In this document: positions 47,277-56,641 of the stretch, piece by piece
Layout of the letters: each line of letters starts with the position of its first letter
Numbering within the stretch: the first letter of the stretch is position 1
Virus record (IMG/VR): IMGVR_UViG_3300043411_001777
Location: 124,001-188,000 of that record
Strand: one strand, 5' to 3'
DNA: 64,000 nt
Position numbers and translations under genes: made by a program
The notes under the pieces: generated by a model
Told to the model about the DNA's origin: nothing
Database searches by the model: none
The model's input: only the letters and a program-made list of their open reading frames with translations

Positions 47277-48022
47277 AGCCCCCCCAGATCATATTGATGA
47301 TAGGCACTTCTCAGACGAGAAATATCCTGAGGGGGCAAATCCCCTCCCTTTTTAATGGTCGCCGCACTCGCTTCTATGAAGGTCAGCAAAGCCCTATCAT
47401 TTTTGGCCCTAGCAGCACGCCAAAGCTCGCGCAAACCTTCCAAAAAGTTCGGCACGTTGTCGATCTTAGTTGAAGGCTTAGGAGCTGGCTTCTGTGCCCG
47501 TGCAACTAACGTCTCAAGCAATTGAACTTGCTTGAGAGTCAAAATCCCACCCCCCGTAAGCTTCTGGTGGAAATCACATAGAATTGGCTCATTCTGCCAA
47601 TCTGCACGGCTTTCGATACGCTTCTTCAAGTCCGAAATGTAGCGGTCCTGGTCCTCAATCAAGGCCAAAGCATCGTAAAAGCCGGCCGACTTGGTGTAGG
47701 CTTCCTGCATTCGATCGAAACCATCCCGCCACGTCTTCTTCCAGTTGATGGTGCGCTTGAAATGCCCCTGGCCCTGGGCCTTTCTGTTGAGGGTCCGCTT
47801 GGTCGCCGTACTGACCAAAGCCAGCTTCATAGAAGCATCCCCTCGACCCATGGCGTCATCCTTTGACCCAATGGTACTGGACAGCGCCACCGCTACATCC
47901 GGGGCTATAGGAAGCCAGTAAACACCCGTGGTTCCCGGCTTCATTTTGACAGGCCCCTTGAGGGGGAGTGTCTTAATCCATAGCTCCAACTCTTCTCTGG
48001 TGATTTGAACGTAAGTGCTCAT
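47273..48022 (-). CDS. Hypothetical protein downstream of the helicase
   Basis: 249 aa, with an ATGA overlap with the helicase stop. Confidence 0.6.
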   Translation of the reverse strand: MSTYVQITREELELWIKTLPLKGPVKMKPGTTGVYWLPIAPDVAVALSSTIGSKDDAMGRGDASMKLALVSTATKRTLNRKAQGQGHFKRTINWKKTWRDGFDRMQEAYTKSAGFYDALALIEDQDRYISDLKKRIESRADWQNEPILCDFHQKLTGGGILTLKQVQLLETLVARAQKPAPKPSTKIDNVPNFLEGLRELWRAARAKNDRALLTFIEASAATIKKGGDLPPQDISRLRSAYHQYDLGGL

Positions 48023-51000
48023 CGCGAACCCCTGATAAACAGTGATGCCAAGCGGCGGGCAAGCTCCTCACCATTTTCATACTGAGCCAGCTCGTCTTCC
48101 TCTTCGTATCCAGTCGGTGGCTCTTCCTCAGGGGGCTCCCAGCCCTCCAAAGACCGTGCAATATCCTCAGGTGCTTCGTCCGCAGGATCCCAACCGTCTT
48201 CATCTTCCCACGGGCCCGAACGCTCCCGAACCCCTTCCTGGGGAGCCGCATCCGTAATTGGAGCCCCGTCCGGAATTAGAGTGCCATCCGGCGTAGCATA
48301 TGGGATACATGCCTCATACAGGAACTGCGAGCTAATCCCAAGCGTGGGGTGCGGAATGTCTAACAAGGTACAGCGATTCTCAGCTCTAGTGATTGCCACA
48401 TAGGCAAGGCGACGCTCACCCCACAAATCCGGGCCTTCTCCCGCCGTGCCGGATTTCCCACATCTCGGGAACCGACCGCCCACAACAGGGACGTACATAT
48501 GAGGAACCTCCAGACCCTTCCAGCCGTGCATGGTCAGGATCTGAACAGCATCCCGGCTATAGGTCTCTTCGTCTTCCTCTGTGCCAACGGACAGTTTCTC
48601 ATTTGCACGCTGTAGCTTGCGGACATAATCCATCGCCGAAGCCATGGACTCATGGTTCTCAAGCAGGCCGATTAGAGGCTCGACAGGACCGAGGGCTAGG
48701 GTTCTAATCTGCTCCTCCGTGACCTGAACCACCTCGCTCTCAGCCAAGAGCAATGCCATCTTCTCTTCGTCCTCAGAAACAGCCTCCATCATCGATTCGA
48801 TGATGGTTTTGCCCTCAAAACCCCTTAGATCCAGAATTTGATTGAGGATTTCTTTGGGGGTGCCTTGGAAAGAGGCAACCTTTGCCAGATTCTCGGTGTA
48901 CTCCGCAAGTAGGTCATTGTAAGACCAACCACGATCGCCACGATTCTTGGAGGGGTAAATCACATTGACCCCTCCGTTAATCAACCACTTCAACCAATTC
49001 TGAGACTGGGCTTTATCCAACAGATTTTGAAGTAGGGAATCTCCGGAAATGCGCGTCTTGGGGAACTTGGTTGCGGAAACAACGATCTCGTTAACTTCTT
49101 CCTTCGGGCCGTCCACACCCAACTCCGCCAAAGTCAACCACTGCACGAGCCCCTTGGTGAGAGGATCTCCGAAGAAAGACACTGGGGAACGGAAAGGAAT
49201 GCCTTTCTTAAGCATTTCCAGCCCGTAGTGGAAAGCCTCAGCATTAGTCCGAACCGCTATACCGAAGTCAGAATACCGGGTGTGCCCAGAGGACTCGTCC
49301 TGAACCAACTCAGCAACCTGAGAGGCCACGTACTTTGCAGCATCTTCAACGGCCGGCTGACGGACCGTTTCAACACGCCCCTCGTCCTTACGCTCAGGAT
49401 TTGCCTTGCAGACAAGGGGGATCCTGTTTTTATTGTGCTGAACAAGACGCTGCGCCGCCTCGACAATCTGCTTACCAGAACGGTAATTCGTATCCAAAGA
49501 CTTGGTGACGAAATCACCCCCCTTAAGATCCGAAAGTGCTGTAAATTGCTCAGGATTTGCCCCGCGGAAGGCATAAATTGCCTGCGAATCGTCCCCGATC
49601 CATGCGTAGGTATCCGCAGTCATCTTCCCATCAGCGCGAGGCTTCAAAGTAGCTGGATCCAGGTAGCCAGCAAGCAAGCCATATAGGTAATACTGAACAG
49701 TATTAGAGTCTTGCGCCTCATCCACGAGGATGACCTTGAACTTGCGCTGTAGGTTAGCCAGCAGCTCAGGTTGCCCGATTAGGGCCTGAACCGTGTCAAT
49801 GAGAATATCGTTCATATCCCCAATGCCCTGGAAAGCAGCCTCGCCATGTGGGCCTTTTAGCCACTCGTATGCGGCATACACCGCAGCGTGGACATTCTCC
49901 TCTCCGCTGTAGTCTACGGTATCCCCGCCCTCAGAATCTCCCGTCGAAGAAGCGACGTCCTTACCGTGCCAGGCCTCCGTAGGCGAGATTGCCAAACCCT
50001 TCATTCGTGTAATGTAGGTCTTGAACTCAGATGGGGGGATCGGCTCCTCACCCTTATCCGTCTTACGGACAAGAGGATTACCTAAGTTGAACCACTCTCC
50101 CGCAGGCTGCTTGAAATAGACATACTCGTCTGCCCGACGACCCTTCTTTAGGTCCGGACCCGTGCTTTCTTCTGCCGAAAGACGCTCCATTGGATGGTCA
50201 ACAGCAGCCCTCTTGGGCATCCCACCCACACCGATGTCAAACTGAACCCCCGTCATGTTGAAAATGTCCTGCATCTGCACTTTCTGCACAGCAGAAAGAC
50301 GCGCGGGACTCTTCAGATTGTCCGTCAACTTCCGGTTAATGGCAAACCACTTGCCATCATCCTCGAAATACGACCGGAGAACCCCCTTCAAGAAAGGATT
50401 CTTCATGAGGTGGAGATTTTGGTAAGCCTTGGAAAGGGCCTGGGAAAAGGTCAGCGTATTTGCCGAAGTGTCAAGGGAGTTGTTAGGAGCTGCCCGTTGC
50501 TGGACCTTAGGATTACGTGCCTGACGGGGATCACCCATATGATGGGGGCGGCCCGTCGCGAAGATGTTGGCAAACATGCTCGTTTCAGGCGGAGGGTTTG
50601 GAGCCGCATCATCCGTCATCTTAACCTGCGCCATCGCAAGCTTCAGCAAGGTGGACTCAATCCACTTTTCCCGCACACCCGCGTAACGCTTCCGTTTGAA
50701 CGAACCGCCCTGCCGGTTGATGATGTTTCCAGCAATGCTGTGGGAGGTGCCGAAATTGCGTAGCGCCTCACTGTCAATGTTAGACCCGAAAGTCTGAATG
50801 CGTTTGATAAGCTCGTGAGCCGCCTTCCGTGTAAAGCTCGTGGCCAGAATAGCCGTGGAAGGAACCCCCAGCTCAGTCATGTGGTATTTGACTTTGGAGG
50901 CCAGAACACGAGTCTTACCCGATCCTGCGGTAGCTGCGATGAGCGCCTTCCCCCGCACCATCATGGCCTCTTCCTGCATCGGAGAGTGTCCAAGCTGCTT

Positions 51001-51834
51001 ACCCGTCTCGGTACGCCAGCCCGCATGTTGCGGGGTGCCTGACACGGCCGCCGACATAACCGCTGAAGGGTCGGGGGACGAGTCCGCGATTTGCTGGATA
51101 GACTTGATCAGGTCGATCTTCCGGGACTCTAGCTCAGCAGCCTGAGGGGTATTAGGGTCGGTAACACCCAAAGAAGAAGTGACTTCTGCCAACTCAGAGG
51201 CGACGCCCTTAGCGGTTTCTGCACCAGCCATGATTTGCTCGGTCTCCGATACCGGGGTGCCTGCAAAGGCGGCTGCATCGATTAGCCAATTACGGATAGT
51301 GGACAAATCGCCTGAAACGAACCTAGAACCGGCTGCCTTATTCAAGCGACTTGCGGGGTTCTCCTCTTGAGAGACGGCACTTAGAGAATGTGCCAGAGCG
51401 GTTTCGCGACCGGAAGAGAAAATCTCACGCAGTAGACCAACCCGGCTCGAAAGCCAGGGGAAAATTTCCATTCCCGCCTGTGAGATATTCCGAGCCCTTT
51501 GAAAGACTGGGGCCGGCAAACGCGTAACACGCACCGCAGGCATCAGAACCGGGTTCTTGTCAGCAAGCGGGGCCAAGTGCTGCTCGAAACCTGCAATCAC
51601 CTGGGGCAGCCACCGACGGAAAACAGACTCGATTCGATTGTTGAGCAGCTTTAACGTTTTGGTGTCTGAGGGATTAACGATCTCCACCCACTCCATAAAC
51701 GCGTCATAGCCGATGCTCACAACCATCAGGTCAAGCAGACGGGCCGGCAGAACTTCATCCCCGTCCTTAAAGGTACGGCCTACAGCGATTTTGTTACGTG
51801 TCAAATCACGTCTCCCTAATGAAAACAGTTCCAA
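48019..51834 (-). CDS. UvrD/PcrA/Rep-family SF1A DNA helicase with N-terminal extension, internal insertion and acidic tail
   Basis: All SF1A motifs are present: ATAGSGKT (I), SFTRKAA (Ia), LVDEAQD (II), IGDDSQAIYAFRGA (III), TNYRS (IV), TMHGWKGLE (V), ERRLAYVAITRA (VI). The start codon is uncertain (track gives TTG). Confidence 0.92.
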   Translation of the reverse strand: MELFSLGRRDLTRNKIAVGRTFKDGDEVLPARLLDLMVVSIGYDAFMEWVEIVNPSDTKTLKLLNNRIESVFRRWLPQVIAGFEQHLAPLADKNPVLMPAVRVTRLPAPVFQRARNISQAGMEIFPWLSSRVGLLREIFSSGRETALAHSLSAVSQEENPASRLNKAAGSRFVSGDLSTIRNWLIDAAAFAGTPVSETEQIMAGAETAKGVASELAEVTSSLGVTDPNTPQAAELESRKIDLIKSIQQIADSSPDPSAVMSAAVSGTPQHAGWRTETGKQLGHSPMQEEAMMVRGKALIAATAGSGKTRVLASKVKYHMTELGVPSTAILATSFTRKAAHELIKRIQTFGSNIDSEALRNFGTSHSIAGNIINRQGGSFKRKRYAGVREKWIESTLLKLAMAQVKMTDDAAPNPPPETSMFANIFATGRPHHMGDPRQARNPKVQQRAAPNNSLDTSANTLTFSQALSKAYQNLHLMKNPFLKGVLRSYFEDDGKWFAINRKLTDNLKSPARLSAVQKVQMQDIFNMTGVQFDIGVGGMPKRAAVDHPMERLSAEESTGPDLKKGRRADEYVYFKQPAGEWFNLGNPLVRKTDKGEEPIPPSEFKTYITRMKGLAISPTEAWHGKDVASSTGDSEGGDTVDYSGEENVHAAVYAAYEWLKGPHGEAAFQGIGDMNDILIDTVQALIGQPELLANLQRKFKVILVDEAQDSNTVQYYLYGLLAGYLDPATLKPRADGKMTADTYAWIGDDSQAIYAFRGANPEQFTALSDLKGGDFVTKSLDTNYRSGKQIVEAAQRLVQHNKNRIPLVCKANPERKDEGRVETVRQPAVEDAAKYVASQVAELVQDESSGHTRYSDFGIAVRTNAEAFHYGLEMLKKGIPFRSPVSFFGDPLTKGLVQWLTLAELGVDGPKEEVNEIVVSATKFPKTRISGDSLLQNLLDKAQSQNWLKWLINGGVNVIYPSKNRGDRGWSYNDLLAEYTENLAKVASFQGTPKEILNQILDLRGFEGKTIIESMMEAVSEDEEKMALLLAESEVVQVTEEQIRTLALGPVEPLIGLLENHESMASAMDYVRKLQRANEKLSVGTEEDEETYSRDAVQILTMHGWKGLEVPHMYVPVVGGRFPRCGKSGTAGEGPDLWGERRLAYVAITRAENRCTLLDIPHPTLGISSQFLYEACIPYATPDGTLIPDGAPITDAAPQEGVRERSGPWEDEDGWDPADEAPEDIARSLEGWEPPEEEPPTGYEEEDELAQYENGEELARRLASLFIRGSR

Positions 51835-51860
51835 CCTGAGGGCGGAATAACCACATTACC

Positions 51861-52115
51861 CTAATCGTCCTGGTATCTTTCTAGCGCTTTGGGCAATAGA
51901 GAATGACGCTTCACCATGGGGTGAACCCTATCGATGATGAAAAGCTCAGCAAATTGCTGTAGCTCCTCAGGAAGCTCCCGAATGTCTTCCACAAGATGGT
52001 TACGCTCAATTTCCCAACGCAGATTTTCCAAAACGGACACCCAATGGTTGACCGCTTCCCTATCCCAAGAAGCTTTCTTCAACCTTTGATTCAAAGCCCC
52101 AATTGACTTTACCAT
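51861..52115 (-). CDS. Hypothetical helical protein, 84 aa
   Basis: Probable ATG at 52115 with GGAG upstream (the track start is TTG at 52130). Confidence 0.55.
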   Translation of the reverse strand: MVKSIGALNQRLKKASWDREAVNHWVSVLENLRWEIERNHLVEDIRELPEELQQFAELFIIDRVHPMVKRHSLLPKALERYQDD

Positions 52116-53515
52116 GTAATGTTCTCCCAAGCCTTTGTTCTACCGCGAGGCTCATCCGCATCAGGGACGTTTGCCTTCTCAGTCCCCATCGGCGTGGTGT
52201 TCAGCTCGCCAGAAGGGAATGGGCCCTGAGGATCCTGCCAGCCCTCCACCTCTTCTCGGGATGGGCCCCCATCGATAGGCATCCTAGGCATATCGATGAA
52301 CGAAGGCCTAGACTCTGGGTACACCAAATCCGAAGTTCCGTCAATAGGAACCGAATACCGGATGTCAGCCTCGTCGATATAGCCTATCGTGAAATGCTGT
52401 TGCAAAATGTTACCGCGATTAGTAGGTCGACGAACAGGTCCGATCGAATACCGTTCGTTGGTCTGCTTAACAACGAAATCTCGCTGGGTTAGTAGGGGGC
52501 TTGGGCCCATCCACACCTCATAGGAGTGCTGCTTAACACGCCCGCCCGCCAATTGAGTAATCCGACGTTCAGCATCATCCGGAGCGATAATAGCATCGAA
52601 AGGACCGTCAAACCCACCCACATATGAAGTGCCGTAGCACGTGGGGCAATTCTTTTTAGGCTGCCCTAGGTAATCCCGCTGCCGAGGATCCAGCCCACAA
52701 TCACAGGGGACCCCGCAAACCTTCCGAGTGAAAAGCTTGACCCGCTCCCCACCTTGCTGGAGGATCCAAGCATTACGCCGAACACCCTCCCGCCAAATGT
52801 AATCCAGCTTCTCAATTTCGTGGTTGGAGGTCGGTTGGCTATAACCAAACGGCGTTTCAACCAAATACCCGTCGACATTCGCGACGGTTGTCAACCGGTA
52901 ATGGAGATACCGATCCAACCCGGAAACTACAAAGTTCTTCGGGGTGTAGTACACCACCTCCACCGAAGAAGCCGCATTCGGAATAGAGGCGTTGGTTTCC
53001 GTCTCGGTCACAACCTCCCAATCGGGTTGATTTATGAGCGTGATCTCTCCAGATCGGCCGAAAACCGAATCGACGGGGACTTCAACCCCGTCGATATACA
53101 ACTCGACATCTTTAGGAGCATTCGCCCACTGTGGCCCATCACCGGGGAGGTGGTGATAGCGTTTGACAATAGTCCCGCGGGTTCGGATCACCCAACGGCG
53201 ATTGTTAGGGGCGTCCCCTTTGTGAACCCAGCCCGTAGACCAATCCACAACCTCACGAATCTCAGCATAATCGAGGCGGTCCCGGAACATCGTCCCCTGA
53301 ACAGGGAATTCGTTGATCCGATGGAAAGGGCCCCGGTCGGAAGACTCCGACCGGTAAATGTTAACCCCCAGGATGTTGAACTTAGCGTTCTTTGCCAGTG
53401 CGGTCGGAGTATCCCAACGGATGTCTAGAATCCCAGGCAAAAAGGGGGAGACCACTACCACGTTTGGGGGTGGTAGTGGGAATTCATCACTTGCGGGCTC
53501 CCAACCTGTTGCCAA
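52109..53515 (-). CDS. Head-closure/neck protein with N-terminal FN3-like region and Cys cluster
   Basis: 468 aa. WILQQGGERVKLF.RK..GVPCDC...NCPTCYGTSYVGGF is a Zn-binding neck pattern. It is followed by PLLTQRDFVVKQTNERYSIGPV...LQQHFTI, a head-closure-like beta-barrel. Confidence 0.65.
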   Translation of the reverse strand: MATGWEPASDEFPLPPPNVVVVSPFLPGILDIRWDTPTALAKNAKFNILGVNIYRSESSDRGPFHRINEFPVQGTMFRDRLDYAEIREVVDWSTGWVHKGDAPNNRRWVIRTRGTIVKRYHHLPGDGPQWANAPKDVELYIDGVEVPVDSVFGRSGEITLINQPDWEVVTETETNASIPNAASSVEVVYYTPKNFVVSGLDRYLHYRLTTVANVDGYLVETPFGYSQPTSNHEIEKLDYIWREGVRRNAWILQQGGERVKLFTRKVCGVPCDCGLDPRQRDYLGQPKKNCPTCYGTSYVGGFDGPFDAIIAPDDAERRITQLAGGRVKQHSYEVWMGPSPLLTQRDFVVKQTNERYSIGPVRRPTNRGNILQQHFTIGYIDEADIRYSVPIDGTSDLVYPESRPSFIDMPRMPIDGGPSREEVEGWQDPQGPFPSGELNTTPMGTEKANVPDADEPRGRTKAWENITW

Positions 53516-53549
53516 TGTAACCTCTTATCTGAGGCCAATTATCGGCATT

Positions 53550-53816
53550 CTAACGCAGCTCTTTACGCACCGTTCCGTCGGCCTCTACTACGAAAGGCAC
53601 GCCGTCTGGGATACCAAGACGGGTAATCCCAGACTCCACCCACGCCCGCTCTTGCTTTCGCGCTTCCTGTAAAGCCAGTCGAAGCTGGCCTTCCCGCTCC
53701 GAAATCAGCCCCAGCTCGTGCACAAACTGTTCAGCTTTGGCATGTGCCTGCCAATAGCCTTCCATTTCTGCCTCGGACAACTGCCCCATAACCTCGCCAA
53801 GTTTTGGATTCATCAC
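53550..53816 (-). CDS. Hypothetical coiled-coil protein
   Basis: 88 aa, with a GTGA overlap with the MazG-like stop. Confidence 0.55.
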   Translation of the reverse strand: MMNPKLGEVMGQLSEAEMEGYWQAHAKAEQFVHELGLISEREGQLRLALQEARKQERAWVESGITRLGIPDGVPFVVEADGTVRKELR

Positions 53817-54439
53817 GCCTTCCTATTCAGTGAATCGGCTTCCGTAAAGCCTTGAGGATAACGGGCCTTAAGCTTTGCGATGTTGCTGGCAAGCACTTCC
53901 TCTAGGGCCTCCGAAAAAGGCTTGTCGGGGAAGAGGGCCAAAGTCCCCTGAGCCAACATATCCGCGATGACAGAAAGCCGATCGCCAATATCAAACAGCC
54001 CAGCCGGATGTCCATGAAAGAATACCTTCTTCTGATAGTCCACATAGCCGGACACAGACACAATCAACTGAGCAACCAACTTAGGAAACTCAATTGTCCA
54101 AGGAAAAGGCTCCCTGGGAGTGCTTTCCACAAATAGGTGCTTGAGCTTCTTGGTTAAGTTAGCACAAACGTCAGAGAGCTTTAACCCCCAAGAATCAGCG
54201 CAGGTTGCGGCATACCACCACAAGTCGCCCATCTCCAACCGAGCCTTAGCCTTCAGGCTAGAAATTTCCTCCGTACCCATTGGGTCGGGCCCGAACATCA
54301 AAGGCAACACCAGCTCCATCAACTCGCCCGACTCACCGGACAACCCAGTATAAGTCATAATGCGGTAATCCCGCTCCGACAAGTCCTTATTCTTGGTCAC
54401 AATTGCCAATTGCTGATAGCGATCAAAATCTACTGTCAA
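53813..54439 (-). CDS. MazG-like nucleoside triphosphate pyrophosphohydrolase
   Basis: FDRYQQLA...GLSGESGELMELV...LEMGDLWWY, then KKVFFHGH...LEEVLASNIAKLKARYPQGF; these are MazG-like signatures. Confidence 0.85.
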   Translation of the reverse strand: MTVDFDRYQQLAIVTKNKDLSERDYRIMTYTGLSGESGELMELVLPLMFGPDPMGTEEISSLKAKARLEMGDLWWYAATCADSWGLKLSDVCANLTKKLKHLFVESTPREPFPWTIEFPKLVAQLIVSVSGYVDYQKKVFFHGHPAGLFDIGDRLSVIADMLAQGTLALFPDKPFSEALEEVLASNIAKLKARYPQGFTEADSLNRKA

Positions 54440-54867
54440 GACTTACCCCCATAAGGAACCCGAACTACATGAGTAAGACCTTCCCACTCAGATTTAGCTA
54501 ACGGGCCCACAACTAATACACGAATCTCGCTGTTAAGCATTTTTGCGACCATGTCTTTGGTCCCCTTTCCGCCCGGAAAGGCCACCCCAATAATCGTATG
54601 GCCCTCTTCACGAAAGACCAAAAGCTTGTCGAGCATAGCGGAATTGCGCACCAGACCCGCAGCGTTACCCAACCGGTCCCATTCAGCCATGACCGTAAGA
54701 AACGGATACCCCCTTTCCTTAGCCCATAGCTGTGCGAGTCTGTCTGCCCCTTTAGCCCCACCTTCTTGGATAGTGAATGGGGTTTTTGCATAAAGCCGAT
54801 CTAACAGACCCCACACAAAAGACTTATCCGCAAAGTTACGGCCTCCCGTAATCTGACAGTACAACAT
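54436..54867 (-). CDS. YspA/DUF2493-like SLOG-family protein
   Basis: Probable ATG at 54867 (TAATG overlap with the thyX stop). ITGGRNF...EGGAKGADRLAQLWA...AEWDRLGNAAGLVRNSAML...VAFPGGKGTKDMV. Confidence 0.85.
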   Translation of the reverse strand: MLYCQITGGRNFADKSFVWGLLDRLYAKTPFTIQEGGAKGADRLAQLWAKERGYPFLTVMAEWDRLGNAAGLVRNSAMLDKLLVFREEGHTIIGVAFPGGKGTKDMVAKMLNSEIRVLVVGPLAKSEWEGLTHVVRVPYGGKS

Positions 54868-56159
54868 TACCGGGCCGTAATGGTCTGGTCGCCACGCCGA
54901 ACATCCCAATCATCCGGGTCCATATCCACGTGGAGTAACACTTCAGGATGGGTGAATGCGAGATCGCCGATCATATTGTGGATGGCTTTACGAAGAGTTG
55001 GGTGTACAGCTTTTCCAGACCGTAGCTCCAAAACATACACCGCCGCTGGTAGTCCATACGTGACCTGGAAAGGTACTTTGAACCCGAGGGGGATGAGATA
55101 CTGAGAGGCAACATCATCCTCAATCGAGGAAATCAACTCAACCTGCTCAGAAATCAGCGCCTCAGCCTCTGCACGCATTGGCCCGAGCTGCTCTAGATAC
55201 CAGGACTCAAACCCCAGATCCGTCGTCAACTTAGGGACTCGGCAGACACCATTTCGGTGGCGCTGAATGTCGCGCCAGGACCCGTAATCCAACTCCCCTC
55301 GGAACGATAGGGATCCAAGCTCCGCCATATGCGCTGGCAATGCCGAACCTCTGGGCCTCGTAATCAGCATTTCGTAGTAGGGCTTTAGAGCGCCATCATC
55401 AATAGTGGACCGGATATCCCACTTCTTTGGAGGGAGAGGCTTATAGCTCCCGTAAGTGGACGCCTCCCAGACAACTCGATCCGGGTACAACTTCTCCCCA
55501 AAGCTTGATGGGTATTGCTCACGCAATAGTGCCAGGGCGCCAGAAGCCAGCTCCCGCACTTCCTGCAAAGGATGCTGGATCAACAGCCCTAAATGGTCAG
55601 AGGCCTGCCGTAGGTTTGTATGCCAGGAGAGCTGGGTGGTTTTACCAGCCGGAAGGAACCCCCGCAAAATGTCAAAGGTACGAGCTTTGATCGCTCGCTC
55701 GTATGTGTCCTCTTTCTCAGAGGACTTACGCGGGTATTGAGACCGAACCCACTCCAAAACCGGAGCTTGCTTTTCCGCATAAAAGCGCTCCCACCTATCA
55801 ATAATCGTCGTAGCCGTTTGCCCAATCGGGTTAACCACAGGGCGATTCGCCATATCGATATAGCGGGTGGAAGTTTCCTGTCCGGAATAGAGCGACCAAT
55901 CCTGAATAGCCTTAGCGGCTAGAATGGAAACGTTCTCGAAAAACAGCGTCGTGGAGCCACAATCCGCAATGGACTTATGCCCATAACCGACAACATACTT
56001 TTCGACGAATTTGCCCGATCCGACCTTACGGACCTTCTCTAGGTGAGTCTCCACACTCTCTCCGGAACGAGAGTAGAGTGCCTGCACCATAGCCAAATCT
56101 TCGGAATGAAGGCCGTCCTCAAGAAAGAGGACGGCCTTACCAACTTGCTTCTTGAGCAT
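54867..56159 (-). CDS. thyX: Flavin-dependent thymidylate synthase, two-domain form
   Basis: Probable ATG at 56159 (MLKKQ; AAGGA upstream). First domain: GYGHKSIADCG, QETSTRY, RGFLPAG, TNLRQ. Second domain: DYGSWRDIQRHR, YLIPLG, ELRSGKAVHP. Confidence 0.88.
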   Translation of the reverse strand: MLKKQVGKAVLFLEDGLHSEDLAMVQALYSRSGESVETHLEKVRKVGSGKFVEKYVVGYGHKSIADCGSTTLFFENVSILAAKAIQDWSLYSGQETSTRYIDMANRPVVNPIGQTATTIIDRWERFYAEKQAPVLEWVRSQYPRKSSEKEDTYERAIKARTFDILRGFLPAGKTTQLSWHTNLRQASDHLGLLIQHPLQEVRELASGALALLREQYPSSFGEKLYPDRVVWEASTYGSYKPLPPKKWDIRSTIDDGALKPYYEMLITRPRGSALPAHMAELGSLSFRGELDYGSWRDIQRHRNGVCRVPKLTTDLGFESWYLEQLGPMRAEAEALISEQVELISSIEDDVASQYLIPLGFKVPFQVTYGLPAAVYVLELRSGKAVHPTLRKAIHNMIGDLAFTHPEVLLHVDMDPDDWDVRRGDQTITAR

Positions 56160-56161
56160 CG

Positions 56162-56323
56162 TTACTTCGTTTCCTTTGGAATGCCATTCTCGACAAGAGA
56201 ACGCAACCACTGCTTGGTGGAAATAGGATTGTCTAACCGTTCAATGTGTTGAAGTAACATCACAACATGCTGTTTGCATTGCAGCAAACAGAGCTGCTTT
56301 ATTTGCTCTCTATCCTCATCCAT
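56162..56323 (-). CDS. Small hypothetical protein, 53 aa (missed by the ORF track)
   Basis: MDEDREQIKQLCLLQCKQHVVMLLQHIERLDNPISTKQWLRSLVENGIPKETK. GAGG lies 7 nt upstream, and the stop is 2 nt before the probable thyX ATG. Confidence 0.65.
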   Translation of the reverse strand: MDEDREQIKQLCLLQCKQHVVMLLQHIERLDNPISTKQWLRSLVENGIPKETK

Positions 56324-56332
56324 GACAGAGCC

Positions 56333-56632
56333 TCACTTCTGGCAAGGGCAAGAAGTAGCCAGGGTAAACCAATTCCCGCACTTCAAACATACTTGAGGTT
56401 GTTGGGCAAACGGTGTAAAGGTGGACGTTTGGACAAACGGCACATTAACCGAGGTTAGGTTAAAGAAGCTGTTGAATTTGTCTGCATAATCCAGCAGTAT
56501 CCGTAGGATATCGGGATTCACATCCCTATTCTCCTTCATCAAAGCCAACTGGGCCCCGACAGCCTCAAACCAAAGAGTGTGGTGCTCGGACAAAGACCGA
56601 AACACCGTCCCCGAAGACTTTTCATCCGCCAT
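56333..56632 (-). CDS. Hypothetical protein with C-terminal zinc-ribbon-like CxxC...CxC
   Basis: 99 aa ending VCLKCGNWFTLATSCPCQK. Confidence 0.55.
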   Translation of the reverse strand: MADEKSSGTVFRSLSEHHTLWFEAVGAQLALMKENRDVNPDILRILLDYADKFNSFFNLTSVNVPFVQTSTFTPFAQQPQVCLKCGNWFTLATSCPCQK

Positions 56633-56641
56633 ACAAACCCC

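Noticed and set aside
50050-50620. Intein in the helicase
   Set aside because: The insertion lacks an N-terminal Cys/Ser splice block, a C-terminal His-Asn and LAGLIDADG motifs.
54868-56210. Longer track starts for thyX (56210) and the SLOG gene (54909)
   Set aside because: Both overlap upstream coding frames. Downstream ATGs at 56159 and 54867 have a Shine-Dalgarno or TAATG coupling and begin at the conserved domain.
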